Positions 23,231 through 37,511 are shown, counted from the whole stretch's first letter. The stretch is 63,966 nt of DNA, filler included, from Chiloscyllium plagiosum (GCF_004010195.1; 8 parts of one record of this genome joined end to end with filler, not necessarily neighbours in it), one strand, 5' to 3'. Notes: generated from the sequence alone by a model not told the origin. A program made the numbers and translations.

Positions 23231-24204
23231 CTAGGTCTTTAAATAAACGTAGCTGAAGAAATTTATTTAATTTCGGTGAAGTGTGGTTGACGAAATTAAA
23301 AGTAAGAGAAATGGCTCTTAAAATTGCAAAAGAAGTTCTGGGATTGGAAAATGATTCTCAGGTTTGCCAACATAGTTTAGAACGAAAGGAAAAGGTCATA
23401 CTTTTAATGGGTCTAACCGAGGGCAAAAATAAAGTTGGAGTTGTGAGGGAATTACTCAAGCATTTACGTGTATCAGAGAAACAGACAAGTGCAGTAGAAG
23501 TAGAAAAGGTTTAATTGCATTTGAAGAAGACGGCGCTAGAAGATAAAGAAAGCGAGAGAGAGGAAAGAAAGACGGAGAGAAAAAAGGAGAGGGAGAGAAG
23601 GAAGAAACAGAGAGGAAACGTGAGAGAGAGGAGGTTCTTGGATGAACAAAGAGAGAGAGGAAAGTGAGAGAGAAAGATGAAGAGTGAGCTGAGAGAGAGG
23701 AAAAGTAAAGACAGAGAAGTTTCTTGGCTCAACAAACAGAAAGAGAAGGAAGGGAGAAAAAGAAAGAGAGAAAGTTCAGAGCTGAGCAAAAAGAGACAGA
23801 ATTTGAACGCGAGAAGCTGTGACTTAGCAAAGTCAACAGGATGGAGATTAATGAGAAAGATATTGAAACCTTCTCTATTTCATTCGAAAAAAAAGACGGC
23901 GAGGCAAATGGAGTGGCCCATTGATTTATGGTTAATGTTAGTACAGATTACACAGGTAGACAGAGCTAGTCATGTATCAGAAGCATATAGACTGCGGTTC
24001 AGAAGCACAAAGAAGGAACTGGGTCAGACTTATTTTGGTCTCAAAATACTCAAACCAAGCTATTCTGATCGATGGGTGCATGTTTTGAAAATAGATCAGA
24101 CATTAGGAGACTCTAAAAGAGATTATTCTGCTTATGACAAAGTTCTGGACAGAATTTCATCGTGTGAGGGAAAGAAATTGGGAAGAAGAGAGATCAAATA
24201 CTAC

Positions 24205-24890
24205 TAAACCAAGAGTAGAGTACAGCAGGCAGCGAAGAAAGCTAATTAGCTAGAAGCATGCTGGCCTTCATAACAAGAGGTATTGAGTATAGAAGCAAAG
24301 AGGTTCTTCTGCAGCTGTTCAAGACCCTGGTGAGACCGCACCTGGAATATTGTGTGCAGTTTTGGTCTCCAAATTTAAGGAAAGACATTCTGGCTATTGA
24401 GGGAGTGCAGAGTAGGTTCACGAGGTCAATTCCCGTTGAAAGATTGGAGCGACTGGGCTTGTACACCCTTGAGTTTAGAAGGCTGAGAGGGGATCTGATT
24501 GACACGTATAAGACTATTAAAGGATTGGACACTCTGGAGGCAGGAAGCATGTTTCCGCTGATGGTTGAGTCCCAAACCAGAGGACAAAGTTTAAAAATAA
24601 GGGGTAGGCCATTGAAAACAGAGCTGAGGAGAAACCTCTTCACCCAGAGGGTGGTGTGTGTGTGGAATGCTTTGCCCCAGAAGTCTGTGGAGGCCAAGTC
24701 TATGGATACTTTCAAGAAAGAGTTGGATAGAGCTCTTAATGATAGTGGGATCTAGGTTTATCGGGATAAGGTAGGAACAGGATACTGATTGAGGATGATC
24801 AGCCACGATCATAATGAATGGTGATGCTGGCTCGAAGGGCTGAATGGCCTACTCCTGCACCTATTGCCTGTTGTCTCTTGTCTATTGAGA
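24205..24890 (+). mobile_element. CR1 LINE 3' fragment nested in the Gypsy gag
   Basis: LVRPHLEYCVQFWSP...RRLRGDLI...FTQRVV..WNALP, followed by 3' UTR. Confidence 0.92.
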
Positions 24891-27800
24891 ACACGGCAAA
24901 TAATTTACCAGAGGACATAAAAGAAGCCCAAGAATTTGGAAGGGAGATGAAAGACATCAGGTGTTTCCACTCAAGTAAATTGAGACACGGAAAGAAACAG
25001 TGCGGTAGTTAAAGAAAGACACTGTGAGAAAAGAATCTAAGCCAGTGACATTAGTGAAGCTCGTAAAAGAGACCCCAAGATGAACTGAGGAGTGGCAGGA
25101 GAGTGCACAGTCGAGGCTGGAGCTCGGTGTGGTGTTACTATCTGACCTCTAAAAAGAATTCGCCTGTGTGGGGAACGTTTACTCAGAAGGAACAGAAGGA
25201 GAAAGACATGAACTAATTAAGAAATTAGGCATCACAAAATGTTAAGAATTTGTAGTGATACAGAGGCTAACCACTCGATGATAGTAAGGGATGATCTAAT
25301 GTGCACTCTTTCTGATTTGTGACCTGATAGTGTGGTAATTTGTGGGCCAGATGGGCAGAGATTTAGCGTTCCCCCTGTAAGATCTGGTTCGAATGCCAAC
25401 TTAAGACTGGGAAACTACAATGTCAGTTTCAGGAATTCAGTTTGATCTTTGGAATGAATTGGCAGGATCCAACGTGGGACTGAGAGCCTTTGTTGTGTCG
25501 AAGCGCAAGGTAAAACAAGAAAATGAGAAGACAAAACAGAAATATCCTGGCATTTTCCCAAACTGTGTGATAACCAGATCCCACGATCAAAAGTCACAGC
25601 TTGAAGAGAAAAGTAAAGAGAATGGTAAAGGCGTTAAACTTCATTTAGCGGATACCCATTTTGATGGAATAGTGCAGGAAAAAACCTGAACAGGCAGAGT
25701 GTCAGACAGGGGCGTTTAGTCTTGAAAGGGTAATAGGATCCTCGGACAGAAATGGAGACCGCAACAGATTCGTGCGGAGAAGAAATGAGCCGAAGTACAC
25801 CAGATTGTGTTGGCGGTAGTATACAGACAGGAATTGTTCTGGATAGCACACGAACGTCCCACTAAGACGTCACCTAGAGACTCAGACTAATGTGGGAATA
25901 CATTTTTATTGGCCTGGAATGCACAAGGATGTGATTATCTTTTACCGTACGTGTCATACATGCCAAATGGCATGTTAGCCACAGGCAGAAATGAGGTGAC
26001 TTTGCTAACAGTACATAAAGGGGACACAATGTAGAATGAAGCAGGTGGCAAATTAAAACTCTGAGACCTGGACATTTTCCCAAGGGAATAACGTGTTGGT
26101 AGAGTAACCAGTGATAGGAGATCCCTTCAAAAGCTTATCAGATTGAGAATGAAGTTTAGTCCGGTAAACAATTTAGTAAAGATGCCAGATTTTAAAAAGG
26201 TATTGTATCTGTCATTGAACATGCTTAACCCGTATTATACTCGCGAGAAAAAGATGGAGAAATCAAAACCAGGTGATATGGATTTTGAGGTGTCTTGAAA
26301 TAGATTAAAAAATGAAGAAGCCCTTGAGGAGTAGAAAGCTATCTGTCTCAGGGGCATAGAACGGAGTTGAAAGATTTGTAACTAAAGTACAAGGACATAC
26401 GTACGAATCAGATGGGGAGGACTAATTCTACTTTCCATGAAGTAGATGTAGGTTATACTAGTCCGAAAAAACAACACTCAATCGGCTTAATTCTTTCAAA
26501 TCCAGACAGGTTCAATGGAGGTGGAGTCCATGCTCGACGAAAAAATCACCGAGAGTAGAGTGCTGCTGGAAAGGCAGAGCAGGTCAGGCAGCAGGAAATC
26601 GAGTTTTGGGAAAAAGCCTTCATCTGGAAACATCGAGTTTCCTGCTCCTAGTTTGTAGAACTGCATCGAGAAAGTAAGACAAGCCAGTTACATCACACAT
26701 TGGACTTTATGCTTGGTTACTGGCAGGTAACTTTATCAGAGTTGGCAATATGAATGTCTGCGTTTGCAATCCCATGTGGGCTGTATCAATTTAAAGTGAT
26801 GCCCTTTCGAATGTAGAAAGCCAATGTCCAAAGATTCGTGAAGAGACTGCAGCTGGGTTAACAAACTGTGCAGTCGATTTGGATGATGTAGTGATCATTA
26901 GTAATCCAGGATAGATCACTCGGTATTGTTGCCAGAGCTATGGGAAGCAAAACTGGTGAAAAGTTTAAATGAAACGGAATTTGCAAAAGCTCTTGGGACA
27001 TAATATTGGTCGTGGAAGGTTGACCCAATGGAACGCAAAGTCGAAGGCCATCAAGGAAGTTCAACGACCAACCTCGATTCTTAGGTCTCAGCGGATTCTA
27101 TCAGAAGTTAATTCCAAACGTCAGCAGTGTAGTGGCACCGTTAACGGATTTTCTGAAGAACAACACAAAGGTTTGGTGGACAGAACCATGCCAGGAGGCT
27201 GTCAACCATTTGATGCGAAAGAAGTTGGAGCTGTACTCCTACAGGAAGATGAAAGTGGGATAGAACTGCTCGTTGGTTGCTTTTCGAAGAAGATCAACAT
27301 CCACCTGAGGAAATATTCCATAATCGAAAAGGAACAGTTGAGTTTGGTACTGACCTTACAGCATTTTAATGGGTGTGTCATGAACAACGTGTTTGAGACT
27401 GTTGTTTACACTGACCACAATCTGGTTACATTCTTAGGGCGATTTAAAAATAATAATATGAAATTATTTCGTTGGAGTCTTATGTTCCAGTCTTTTAATT
27501 TAAAAATCAAACATATTGCGGTTCGGAAGAATGTAATCACAGATGCATTATCGCGGATTTAATTGGTAGATTTTAGATGAGATTTGTTTTTATTTAATGT
27601 TATGCACATACAGGTATAAGGGGAAAAGTGAANNNNNNNNNNNNNNNNNNNNNNNNNNNNNNNNNNNNNNNNNNNNNNNNNNNNNNNNNNNNNNNNNNNN
27701 NNNNNNNNNNNNNNNNNNNNNNNNNNNNNNNNNNNNNNNNNNNNNNNNNNNNNNNNNNNNNNNNNNNNNNNNNNNNNNNNNNNNNNNNNNNNNNNNNNNN

Positions 27801-30800
27801 NNNNNNNNNNNNNNNNNNNNNNNNNNNNNNNNNNNNNNNNNNNNNNNNNNNNNNNNNNNNNNNNNNNNNNNNNNNNNNNNNNNNNNNNNNNNNNNNNNNN
27901 NNNNNNNNNNNNNNNNNNNNNNNNNNNNNNNNNNNNNNNNNNNNNNNNNNNNNNNNNNNNNNNNNNNNNNNNNNNNNNNNNNNNNNNNNNNNNNNNNNNN
28001 NNNNNNNNNNNNNNNNNNNNNNNNNNNNNNNNNNNNNNNNNNNNNNNNNNNNNNNNNNNNNNNNNNNNNNNNNNNNNNNNNNNNNNNNNNNNNNNNNNNN
28101 NNNNNNNNNNNNNNNNNNNNNNNNNNNNNNNNGGTGAGACTTGGGGATATGTGTCAGTATTTACAGGAGGGGCCCTTGCAGTATGTCGCCATTAATAAGG
28201 GTGATCCTGGCGAGTGTGTCGGTATTTACATGGGGTTCCTGTGGAGTATGTCAGTTTTTTCAACGAAGGGGCGGTGAGTGTGCCGGTTTTTACTGGGGTG
28301 GGTGTCCCTGGCAGTTTGTGGGCATTTAAAGTAGGGGACCGGGGAGACTGTTGGTATTCACGGGAGCTGGCCCGGGGAGTGACAGGGCTGTCCCAGGGCA
28401 TTTGTTGATATTTACAGGGTGGTCCGTGTGTGTATGTCATTATATGCGTTGGGGTACCGGTGAGTGTGTGTGTGTATGTATTGTGGAGTCACGTGTAGTG
28501 TGACATTATTTATAGGAGGTCCTGGTGAGTGTGTCAGCATTTGCAGGGAACCGTCCAGTGAATGTGTCAGCATGTACAGGGAAGACCAGGGAGTGTATTA
28601 TTACTTACAACGTGGTCCTGGGAAGTGTATAAGCATTTACATGGATGTCAGGGGAGTACGTCAGTATTGACAGTGGGTTCCCAGGGAGTGTGTCTGTTTT
28701 CACAGAGGGTGTCCCGGGGAGTGTGTTAGTATTTTCAGGTGGGTCACTGAGAGTTGTTGGTATTTATATGGGGGAGCGTGGGAGTGTGTCGGTATTTACA
28801 TTAGGTCCTCCAGGGTGTGTCGGTATTTACATCAGAGTTCAGGTGGGCAGTTTTAGTCTTTACAGGGAGGTTCTGGGAACGGTATTGGTGTTTTCAGGGG
28901 AGTTCTCGGACACTTGTGAGTGTTTACAGAACAGTCATGTGGAGCATGTCGGTAACTACAGGGTAGATATGGGGATTGTGTCAGTATTTTCAGGTGGGTC
29001 CCTGAGAGTTTGTTGGTCTTTACATGGGGGAACGTGGGAGTGTGTCAGTATTTACATTAGGTCCTCCAGGGTGTATCAGTGTTTACAGCAGAGGTCCCGT
29101 GGACAGTGTTAGTATTTACAGCGAGGTTCTGGGAACTGTATTGGTGTTTACAGGGGAGTTCTGGGGTACGTGTGAGTATTTACAGAACAGTCGTGCGGAG
29201 CGTGTTGGAAACTACAGGGTAGACATGGGGATTGTGACAATATTTGAAGGGAGGTGGTCTCAGGGAGTGTTTCGCTATTTACAGGGGTTTCCCGGGGATT
29301 GTGTCAGTATTTACAGGGGAAAAGTCGGCAAGTGTCTCTGTTCTAACTAGGGGCTCCTTGTGAGTGTGTGGTTATTTACAGGGAGGTCCCGGGGAGTATG
29401 TCATTATTTACAGGCATGTTTCCAGGTGTGTGTCTGTATTTGCAAAGGGATCGGGGGAAGTGCATCGGTATTTCCAGGGAGGTCCCAGGAAGTGTGTCGA
29501 TATTTACAGGGGGTTCCTGGAGACTATGTCGGTATTCATTTCGAGGGGAGTGTCCCGGGGCAGATGTCAGTATTTCCAGGGGGTTCCTGTGGAGTGCATG
29601 AGTATCTATGGGGTGGTCCTGGGGAGTGTGTCTGCATTTCAGCATTGTCCTGGGAATGGGGCAGTATTTGCAGTTGTATGTCAGGGAGTGTACGGTATTT
29701 ACAGATAAGTCCTGTTGAGTGTGTTGTTATGTACAGTTGTGTTCGCAGGGAGTGTGTCAGTATTTACATGCGGGTCCCGGTGAGTGTGTCAGTATTTGCA
29801 AATGTGTCCGACGGAGTGAATTGGTATTTACAGAGGGGGTCATGGGAAATGTTTTTGATTTTCCAAGGGGGCCCCAGTGAGCGTGTCAATATTATCAGGC
29901 AGGTCCCAGGAAGTGTGTGTGTATTTACAGCAAGGTACTGGGGAGTGTGTCAGTGTTTTAAGGGGGTCCAGGCAAGGTGTCAGCATTTTAAGTGTGGTCC
30001 CGGAAAGTGTGTCAGTATTAACAGGGGTGTCCAGGCAGGATGTCAGTATTAACTGTGGTCCTGGAGAGTGTGCCAGTATTTATAGGAATGTCCGGGGGGG
30101 TGTCAATGTTTACAGGAGGTGTCCTGGTGAGCGTGTCAGTATTTAAAGGTGGGTCCTTGGGAATGTATTGGGAAATGAGGGGGATTGGGGGAATGTATTG
30201 GTATTTACAGAATATTCCAGAGATTGTGTCGGCATTTGCAGCAGTGGTCCCAGGGACTGTGTTGGACTTCACAGCGAGCCTATCAAAATTTTACAGGGTT
30301 TTCCTGGGGAGCGTGACGGTATTTACTGGATGGATCCGGGGATTGTTTTGGTTTTAAAGGAGGGTCGCTTGAAGAGTGTCAGTACTTACGGGTAGATCCC
30401 GTGGATTCCATCAGTTATTACAGGGAAGATGTCGGGAAGTATCACGGTATTTACGAAGAGTCCTGAGGAATGTGCGGCATTTTTGGGGGCCCATAGGGAT
30501 TTTGCTGATATCTACAGCGGGGTCCTGGTGAGTGTGGAAAGATGTCGGGGAGTATCACGGTATTTGCGAAGAGTCCTGAGGAATGTGCGGCATTTTGGGG
30601 GGCCCATAGGGAGTTTGCTGATATTTACAGCGGGGTCCTGGTGAGTGTGTCAGTTTCATTTATGGTGTTCTGGGGAGCATGCCATTATTTACAGAGAAGG
30701 CACAGCGATGTATGCCAGTCGTTACAGGGAAGTCCCAGAGAGTCTGTCGCTATTTACAGGGGTCCTGGAAAGTGTGTCAATATTTACAAGAGTTCCAGGG

Positions 30801-32154
30801 AACATGTCAATATTTCCAGGTGTCATGTGGAGTGTGTCGGTAATTACAAGAGGGCTCCGGGTAGTGTGTCAGTGTTTACAGTGTGGTCCTTAGCAGGGGT
30901 GTTCTGAGGAGTGTGTCATTACTTATAGGGCAGTCCTGATGAATGTGTAAGTATTCAGAGAAGTTCGGTGGGAGAAGTGTCGATATTTACCGGGGGTTTC
31001 AATGGAGTGTGTTGGTATTCACAGGGGTATCCCAGGGTTATTTTCATAATTTCCCCGCAGTTAAAAGGGAGAGGTTCTGAATTTATGGGGTGTCCCAGGG
31101 AGTGTGACTGCGTTTAGAGGGGAGGTACTAAGGAATGTGTCGGTATTTACAGGGGTTCCCGGGGTGTATGTCAGTATCTATAGGAGTGTCCAGGTAGGGT
31201 GTCATTATTTACAGTGGGTTCCTGGGGAGTGTGTCGGTATTTATGAGGTGTCGCAGATACTGTATAAGAATTTACAACAGAGGTCCAGGAATTGTGTTGG
31301 TATTTAGAGGAGAGATGTCAAGGCTTGACTCAGTATTTACAGGGGGTCGCACGGATTTGCCAATATTAATGCAGGTCATGGGCGTCTGTTTTTATTTAAA
31401 CTGTGGTCCCAGGGAGTGTCTCGCTATTTACAGAGGTTGCCAGGGAGTGTGTCAACTTTTATTTGGGTGCACCGGGGGTTTTTCAGAATTTACCGAGAGC
31501 TCTAAAAAGTGTAAATACATTTAAAGGATGGCTCCCGGGGACTGTATCTGCATTTAAAGCAGACCACCGGGGAATGTGTCAGTATTCACAGGGGAGTCGC
31601 GTGTTTTGGCATTTACATAGGCTGTCCCGGGACTGTGTCTGCATTTACAGAGGGATCCTGAGGAGTATGTCCGTGTTTTGAGGATAGGTACTAAGGTATG
31701 TGTCGGTATTTACAAGACATCCCGGGGAATGGGTAATGTGATACAGGCGTGGTCCTGGACAGTGTGTCGATATTTTCAGGGGTGTCCAGGAAGATTTTTA
31801 ATCTTCACAGTGATGTCCTGGGGACTGTGTGTGTTATTTACAGGGTGTGTGTTGCCATTTGCAGGGGTGCTCCCAGGCAACGTGTCTGCATTTATTAGGG
31901 GTTTCCGGGGCATGTGTCAGAACTTTCAGGGATGCTCCAGTGAGTGTGTCAGCATTTGAAAGGAGGGGTCCTAAGGAAAGTGTCAAGATTTAAAGTAGAC
32001 ATTTAAAGTGCATTGTGTCGTAATTTAGGGCAGATGGCAGGAAGTGTGTCAATATCTTCAGAGGTGGTTTGGGGATTGCGTCGGCTTTGAAAATGGGGGT
32101 CCAGGGGAGCGTGTCAGTATTTACGTTTGGCGTCCAGTGAGTGTGGCATTACAA

Positions 32155-33670
32155 GGGCTATAGTTGTCATATACATGGACTTTAGTAAGGCGTTTGATAA
32201 TGTTCCCCGTGGTAAGGCAAAGGAGAAAATGAAGTCACATGGTGTGCAGGGTGTTCTAGCGAGGGAGATAAAGAACTGATTGAGCAACAGGAGACAGAGA
32301 ATGGTAGTTGATGGGAGTTTCTCAAAATGGAGCAAACTGACCAGTGGTGTTCCACAGGGTTCAGTTCTGAAGCCACAGTTGTTTGTAATATATATAAATG
32401 ATCTGGAAGAGGTCTTTTTTCGTCTGATCAGTAAGATTGCAGTTGACATGAAGATTGATGGAGTATCAGAAGGCATAGGAGACGTTAAATAATACAAGAG
32501 AATATAGATAGACTGCACAGTTGGGCGGAGAAGTGGCAGATGGAGTTCCACATAGCAAATGTGAGGTGATGCATTTTAGGAATTCTAATTCGACAGCAAG
32601 CTATACTGCAAACGCAAGAGCCTTTGGAAAAGTTGCTGATCAGAAAGGTCTGGGAGCTAAGGTCCATTGTACCCTGGAGATGGCTGCACAGGTGGATAGA
32701 CTGGTCAAGAATGCACATGGTATGCTTGCCTTCACTGGACGGGGTATTGAGTGTAAGAGCTGGCTGATCATGTTAAAATTGTACAACACATTGGTTCGGC
32801 TGCATTCAGAGTACTGCATATAGTTTTGGTCGACACACTACCAAAAGGATCTCGACGCTTTGGAGAGTGTGCAGAGAAAGTTTACAATGATCTTATCTGG
32901 TCTGGAAGGCGCTCGCTCTGAAGATAGTTGTGTAGGTTAGATTGTTTTCATTAGAAAAAACAGATTTGTGGGGAACCGATTGAGATCTACAAAATCATGA
33001 ACGTGAGGACAGGGTAAATAGAGATTCTTTCCCAGGGTGAGGGATTCAATAATGATCGGTCATGCATTCAAGGTGAGAGCTAAATAGTTTTAGGTGGATA
33101 TATACAGCAAGTACTTTATACAGAGATTAGATCCCCTACAGTATGGAAACGGGCCCTTCGACCCAACCAGTCCACACCAACCCTCCAAAGAGTAACCCAC
33201 TCAGACCTATTTCCCTCTGTCTAATGCACCTAACACTACGGGCAATTTAGCATGGCCAATTCACCTGACCTGCAGTCCACATCTTTGGACTGTGGGAGGA
33301 AACCGTAGCACCCAGAGCAAACCCACGCAGACACGGGGGCAATGTAAAAACTGCACACATACAGTCGCCTGAGGCTGGAATCGAACCTGGGACCCTGGTG
33401 CTATAAGGCAGCAGTGCTGACCACTGAGCCACTGTGCCACCCACTTAAGGGTGGTAGATGGAACGCTTTGCCAACAGAGGTAGTAGAGGCAGGTATGGTA
33501 GATTCATTTAAGGTGCCTCTGGACAGATGAATGAGTAGGTGAGGAGCAGAGGAATACACATGCTTAAGAATTTGGCAATAGATATAGATATATGCAGGAT
33601 TTGGATTGGGTCAAGCTTGGACGGCTGAAGGGCCTGTTGCTGTGCTGTAAATTCTCTTTGTTCTTTGTTC
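32155..33670 (+). mobile_element. CR1 LINE (RT to 3' end)
   Basis: DFSKAFD, GVPQGSVL, LYNTLVRLHSEYC, and a 3' UTR. Confidence 0.9.
33124..33443 (-). mobile_element. HE1-type SINE nested in CR1
   Basis: Homologous to 22882-23230. Confidence 0.88.
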
Positions 33671-34821
33671 CATTTACCTGGGGGGGAGGGCACAGGCATG
33701 GTGAGGCATGGTGAGTGTGCTGTTATACCCACCGGGTGTCACGGGAAGTGTGTGGGTATTTACTGACCTTCTCAGATATTTACAGTGGGATCCTGGAGAA
33801 TGTGTCAGTATGTACAGGGGGCAACTGGGGAGTGTCAGTATTTAGTTAGGAGTCTCAGTGAGTGCGTCGTTATTTCCAGTGGGGCCTTGGGGAGTATGTC
33901 GGTATTTACAGGCAGTATCAGGAAGTGTATCGCTATTTACAGAGCTTCCCTGGGAGTGTTCTGGTGTTTGCAGGGGGTCGGGGACAGTGGCATTGACAGA
34001 CTAGGTCCCAGGGAGTGTTTCGGTATTTACAAGGGGCCCTTGTGGAGTGTGTCACCGTTAACGTGGGGTCTCGAGGACTGTGTCGATATTTACAAAGGGT
34101 TACAAGGAGTGTGTCGTTATTTACTGGTAGGGTCCCAGGGAACTGGTCCACAATTACGGGGAAGGTTTCGGGGGGTATAACAATTTTTACAGTGGGGGTC
34201 CCTGGGAATGTGTCAGCATTTATAAAGGATTTCTGGGGAGTGTGTCACTATTCCAGGCTGCTCCCACAGAGTGTGTCAGAACTAACAAGGATTCCCAAGG
34301 AGCATGTCAGCATTTACACGGGGGTTTGGGCTGTGTGTAAGTATTTAGTTGGGGAGGGGGGTGATCTGGAGATTATGCCAGTATTTACAGTGGGGGTCCC
34401 TGGCACTGTGTCGGAATTTAGAGTGGGGATCCCGGGAGTGTTTCAACATATGCAGGGGGTCCCGGTTGAGTGTCAGGGTATACGTTGTGTGGGGTACCAG
34501 GGAATGTGTGGTTAATTACAGGGGGTACCGGAGACTGTATCTGCATATACAGCAGAGGTTCTACGGAGTAGTCTGTATTTAAAGGAGAGATCCAAGCGAG
34601 TGCGTCAGCATTTGCAGTGGGGTCTCTCTGGGCAGGTGTCAGTACTTACAAGAGGGATCAGGGCAGTGTGTCTCTGGTTCCAGGCTGTCCTGGCGAGTGT
34701 CCGTGTGCGCAGGTTGGATCCCGGGGGTGTGTCGGTATTTACCAGGAGTGGTTTCCGGGGAAGTGTTTTAGAATTTAGAGGAGTGTGTTGTTATTTAGAA
34801 GGGTTTCCCAGGGCGTGTGAC

Positions 34822-35011
34822 CGCGTGTGGAGGCCAAGTCCCTGGATACTTTCAGGAAAGAGTTGAATAGAGCCCTTAAAGCTAGTGGCCTCAAGGGTTA
34901 TGAGGAAAAGGCAGGAACAGGATACTGATTGAGGATGATCAGCCATGATCATAATGAATAGTGGTGCTTGCTGGAAGGGCAGAATGGCCTACTCCTGTAT
35001 CTACTGTCTAT
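34822..35011 (+). mobile_element. CR1 3' end fragment
   Basis: Closely matches 24685-24885. Confidence 0.85.
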
Positions 35012-37511
35012 TATATTTACAGGGTGGATCCCAGGGAGTGTGTCAATATTTACAGGAAGGGGCTTCCAACAAATGTGTTGGCCTTTAGAAGGGGATACTG
35101 GAGAATGTGTCGGTATTTACAAGTGGGTTCCAAGGAGTGTGTTGCTATTTACATGTTGGTGAAACAGAGTATATTAGTATTTAGAAGAGTGTCCAAGGGA
35201 TTCTATCGGTACATACACGGGGTGTTCTGCAGAGTGCGTTGGTATTTACTGGGGGCTGGGACCCGCGGGGTGCGCCAGTATTGCAGGGGGTTCAAGGGGA
35301 ATCTGTCAGTATTTTCAACGAGGGCTCGGAGCATGTGTTGGTAATGACAGGGGGCAGTGTGTGCATTCACAACAGAGATTCCGTGGATTATGTTGGTATT
35401 TACGGGCAAGGGTCACGTAGAGTGTGTCAATAGATAAAGGGAGTCCTGGGGAGTGTGTCACCATTTGCAGCGGTCATCTGGCGGAGTGAATCAGTATTTG
35501 TAGGTGGGTTCTGGGGGATGAGTTGGTATTAAGTGGGGGTCACAGGGAGAGTGTCTGCATTTACAGGATGGTCACAAGGAGTGTCTCAGTATTTAAGGTC
35601 TATCTCGGGGAGTGTGACTGTTTTTACAGGGGAGGTTCCAGGGGAGTGTGTCCGTATTTACTGTTGGGGTATCGGGGAGTTGTCCATATTTATATGTGGG
35701 GGCATGGAGTATGTCGGTTTTTACAGTGGCCGCTCGTGAGTTTGTGTCAGTATTTACAGGGGATCCCAGTGGCGTGACAGCATTTACGGGGTGTCATGGG
35801 GAGTGTATCGGTATTTAGATGGGGTACGGTGTTAGTATTAACAGGGTATCCCGGGATTGTGTCAGCACTGACAGAGGGTCTTGCAGAGTGTGCCTCTACT
35901 TAAAGTGGGGGCTCCTGGAGAGAGTGTCAATATTGCAGGGGGAGCAAGGGAATTGCGTTGCTTCTTACAAGGGGCTCCAGTGGACTGTGTCTGTATTTGC
36001 AGACATTCCCTGGGAGTGTAGTTGCATGTACCAGATGGATTCCTGGGGATTTAAGTGGAGGTCCTGGGAGGTGTGTCGGTATATACAAAGTGGGTCACAG
36101 GGAGTGTGTCAGTATTTACAGAGGGTCCCGGAGAGTATGCCGGTATTTACTGGAGAGGGGTGCCAGGGAGACTGTCAGTATTTACAGGGAGTCCCACGGA
36201 ATGTTTCAGCATTTACAGGGTGTCTCAGGGATTGTGTTGTCATTTAGTGGGTGGTCCCACTGGGTGTGTCCGTATTTACATGTTGGGTCCCAGGGAGATT
36301 TTCAGCGGGACTTGCATAGTGTGTGGATATTTACAAGGTGTTCCCCGGAAGTATGTCAGTAGTTACAGGGGCGTCCCAGGGAATGTGTCCGCAATTAAAG
36401 GTTGCGTCCTGGAGATTCTGCCTGTAAATACAGGGAGTCTCAGGGAGTGTTTCAGTATTTAGAGAGGTCTCCTGGGGAGTGTGTCAGTACTAACATTGGG
36501 AGGCAGATAGCGTGTTAGCATTTACGGTGTGGACCTGGTGAATGTGTCATTATTTACAAGTGGGTCACGAGGTGTGTGTCAGTAATCAAAGACGTTTTGC
36601 AAGATGTGTGTCAGTATTTACAAACGGCGTCCTGAGGAGTGTCTCTGTATTTAAAGGGCAGTACCAGAGAGTGTATCGGTATTCCAGGGAGAGTCCATGG
36701 AATGCGTCAGTGATTTTTTCTTCTGGAAAGTGCCAGGAGTGTGTCTGTACTTATAGGGGAGGTACCAGGGAGTGTGTCGGTATTACAGGGGGAGCCCAGG
36801 GAATATGTCAGCACATTTTAGGGGGCGTTGAGTTTGTCTGTTTTTACAGGGTTCTGGGGAGTATGTCTGTATTTACAGATGGGTTCCAGTTAGTCTGTTG
36901 GTATTTGCAGTGGGCTCTCTGCGAGTCATTTACAAGTGGTTCCCAAAGAGTGTGTTGCTATTTACGATGGGCAGTTTCGGTGAGTGTGTTGGTATTTACA
37001 GAGTGTGTCCTGGAGAGTCTGTCAGTATTGAAAAGGGGGACCCAGAATGTGGGTCCGTACTTGCAGGGAGGATCCCAGTTGCATGTCAGTAATTACAAGG
37101 TGTCATGGCAAGAGTGACCGTATTTTCAGGTGGTGTTGCTGGGAACGAGGGTCCCAGGGAGTCTGTCTGTCTAAAAGTGGGGGCCCCGGGGAATATGTTG
37201 GTATTTACAGGAGGTTACTAATGGGTTTGTCTATATTCAGAGGGGGACACCAGTGAGTGTGCCAGCATTTATAGGGGTTCCGGGGAGTGTGTCGGTACTT
37301 ACAGTTACATCCCAGGGAGTGTGTCCCTAATTACAGTGGTGACTGTGTCCGTATTTAAATGTGGGGTCCCGGGGACTGTGTCAGTATTTGCAGGAGGTTT
37401 CTGGGAAGTGTNNNNNNNNNNNNNNNNNNNNNNNNNNNNNNNNNNNNNNNNNNNNTTAATTAATTAANNNNNNNNNNNNNNNNNNNNNNNNNNNNNNNNN
37501 NNNNNNNNNNN

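Larger units (their letters stand above)
21900..27562 (+). mobile_element. Gypsy LTR retrotransposon, Gmr1-like (gag-PR-INT-RT-RH), decayed
   Basis: LTR-like segment ending at ~22768; degenerate tRNA-Pro PBS at 22772-22797; gag from 23311 (EAYRLRFR); integrase HFYWPGM...CHTCQ at ~25900; RT GYWQV / GLYQFKVMPF at ~26700-26810; RNase H VGAVLLQE...YSIIEKE...VYTDHN...DALSRI ending at 27562. The 5' boundary is uncertain. Confidence 0.85.

Noticed and set aside
23511..23815. GA-rich tract as an independent microsatellite or gene
   Set aside because: It is the E/R/K-rich coiled-coil part of the Gypsy gag.
27597..28277. Long ORFs here and at 49408-50508
   Set aside because: They are open only because they span N gaps.
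28141..37256. Many Cys/Gly/Val-rich ORFs
   Set aside because: These are translations of satellite B in several frames, with no domain signature.
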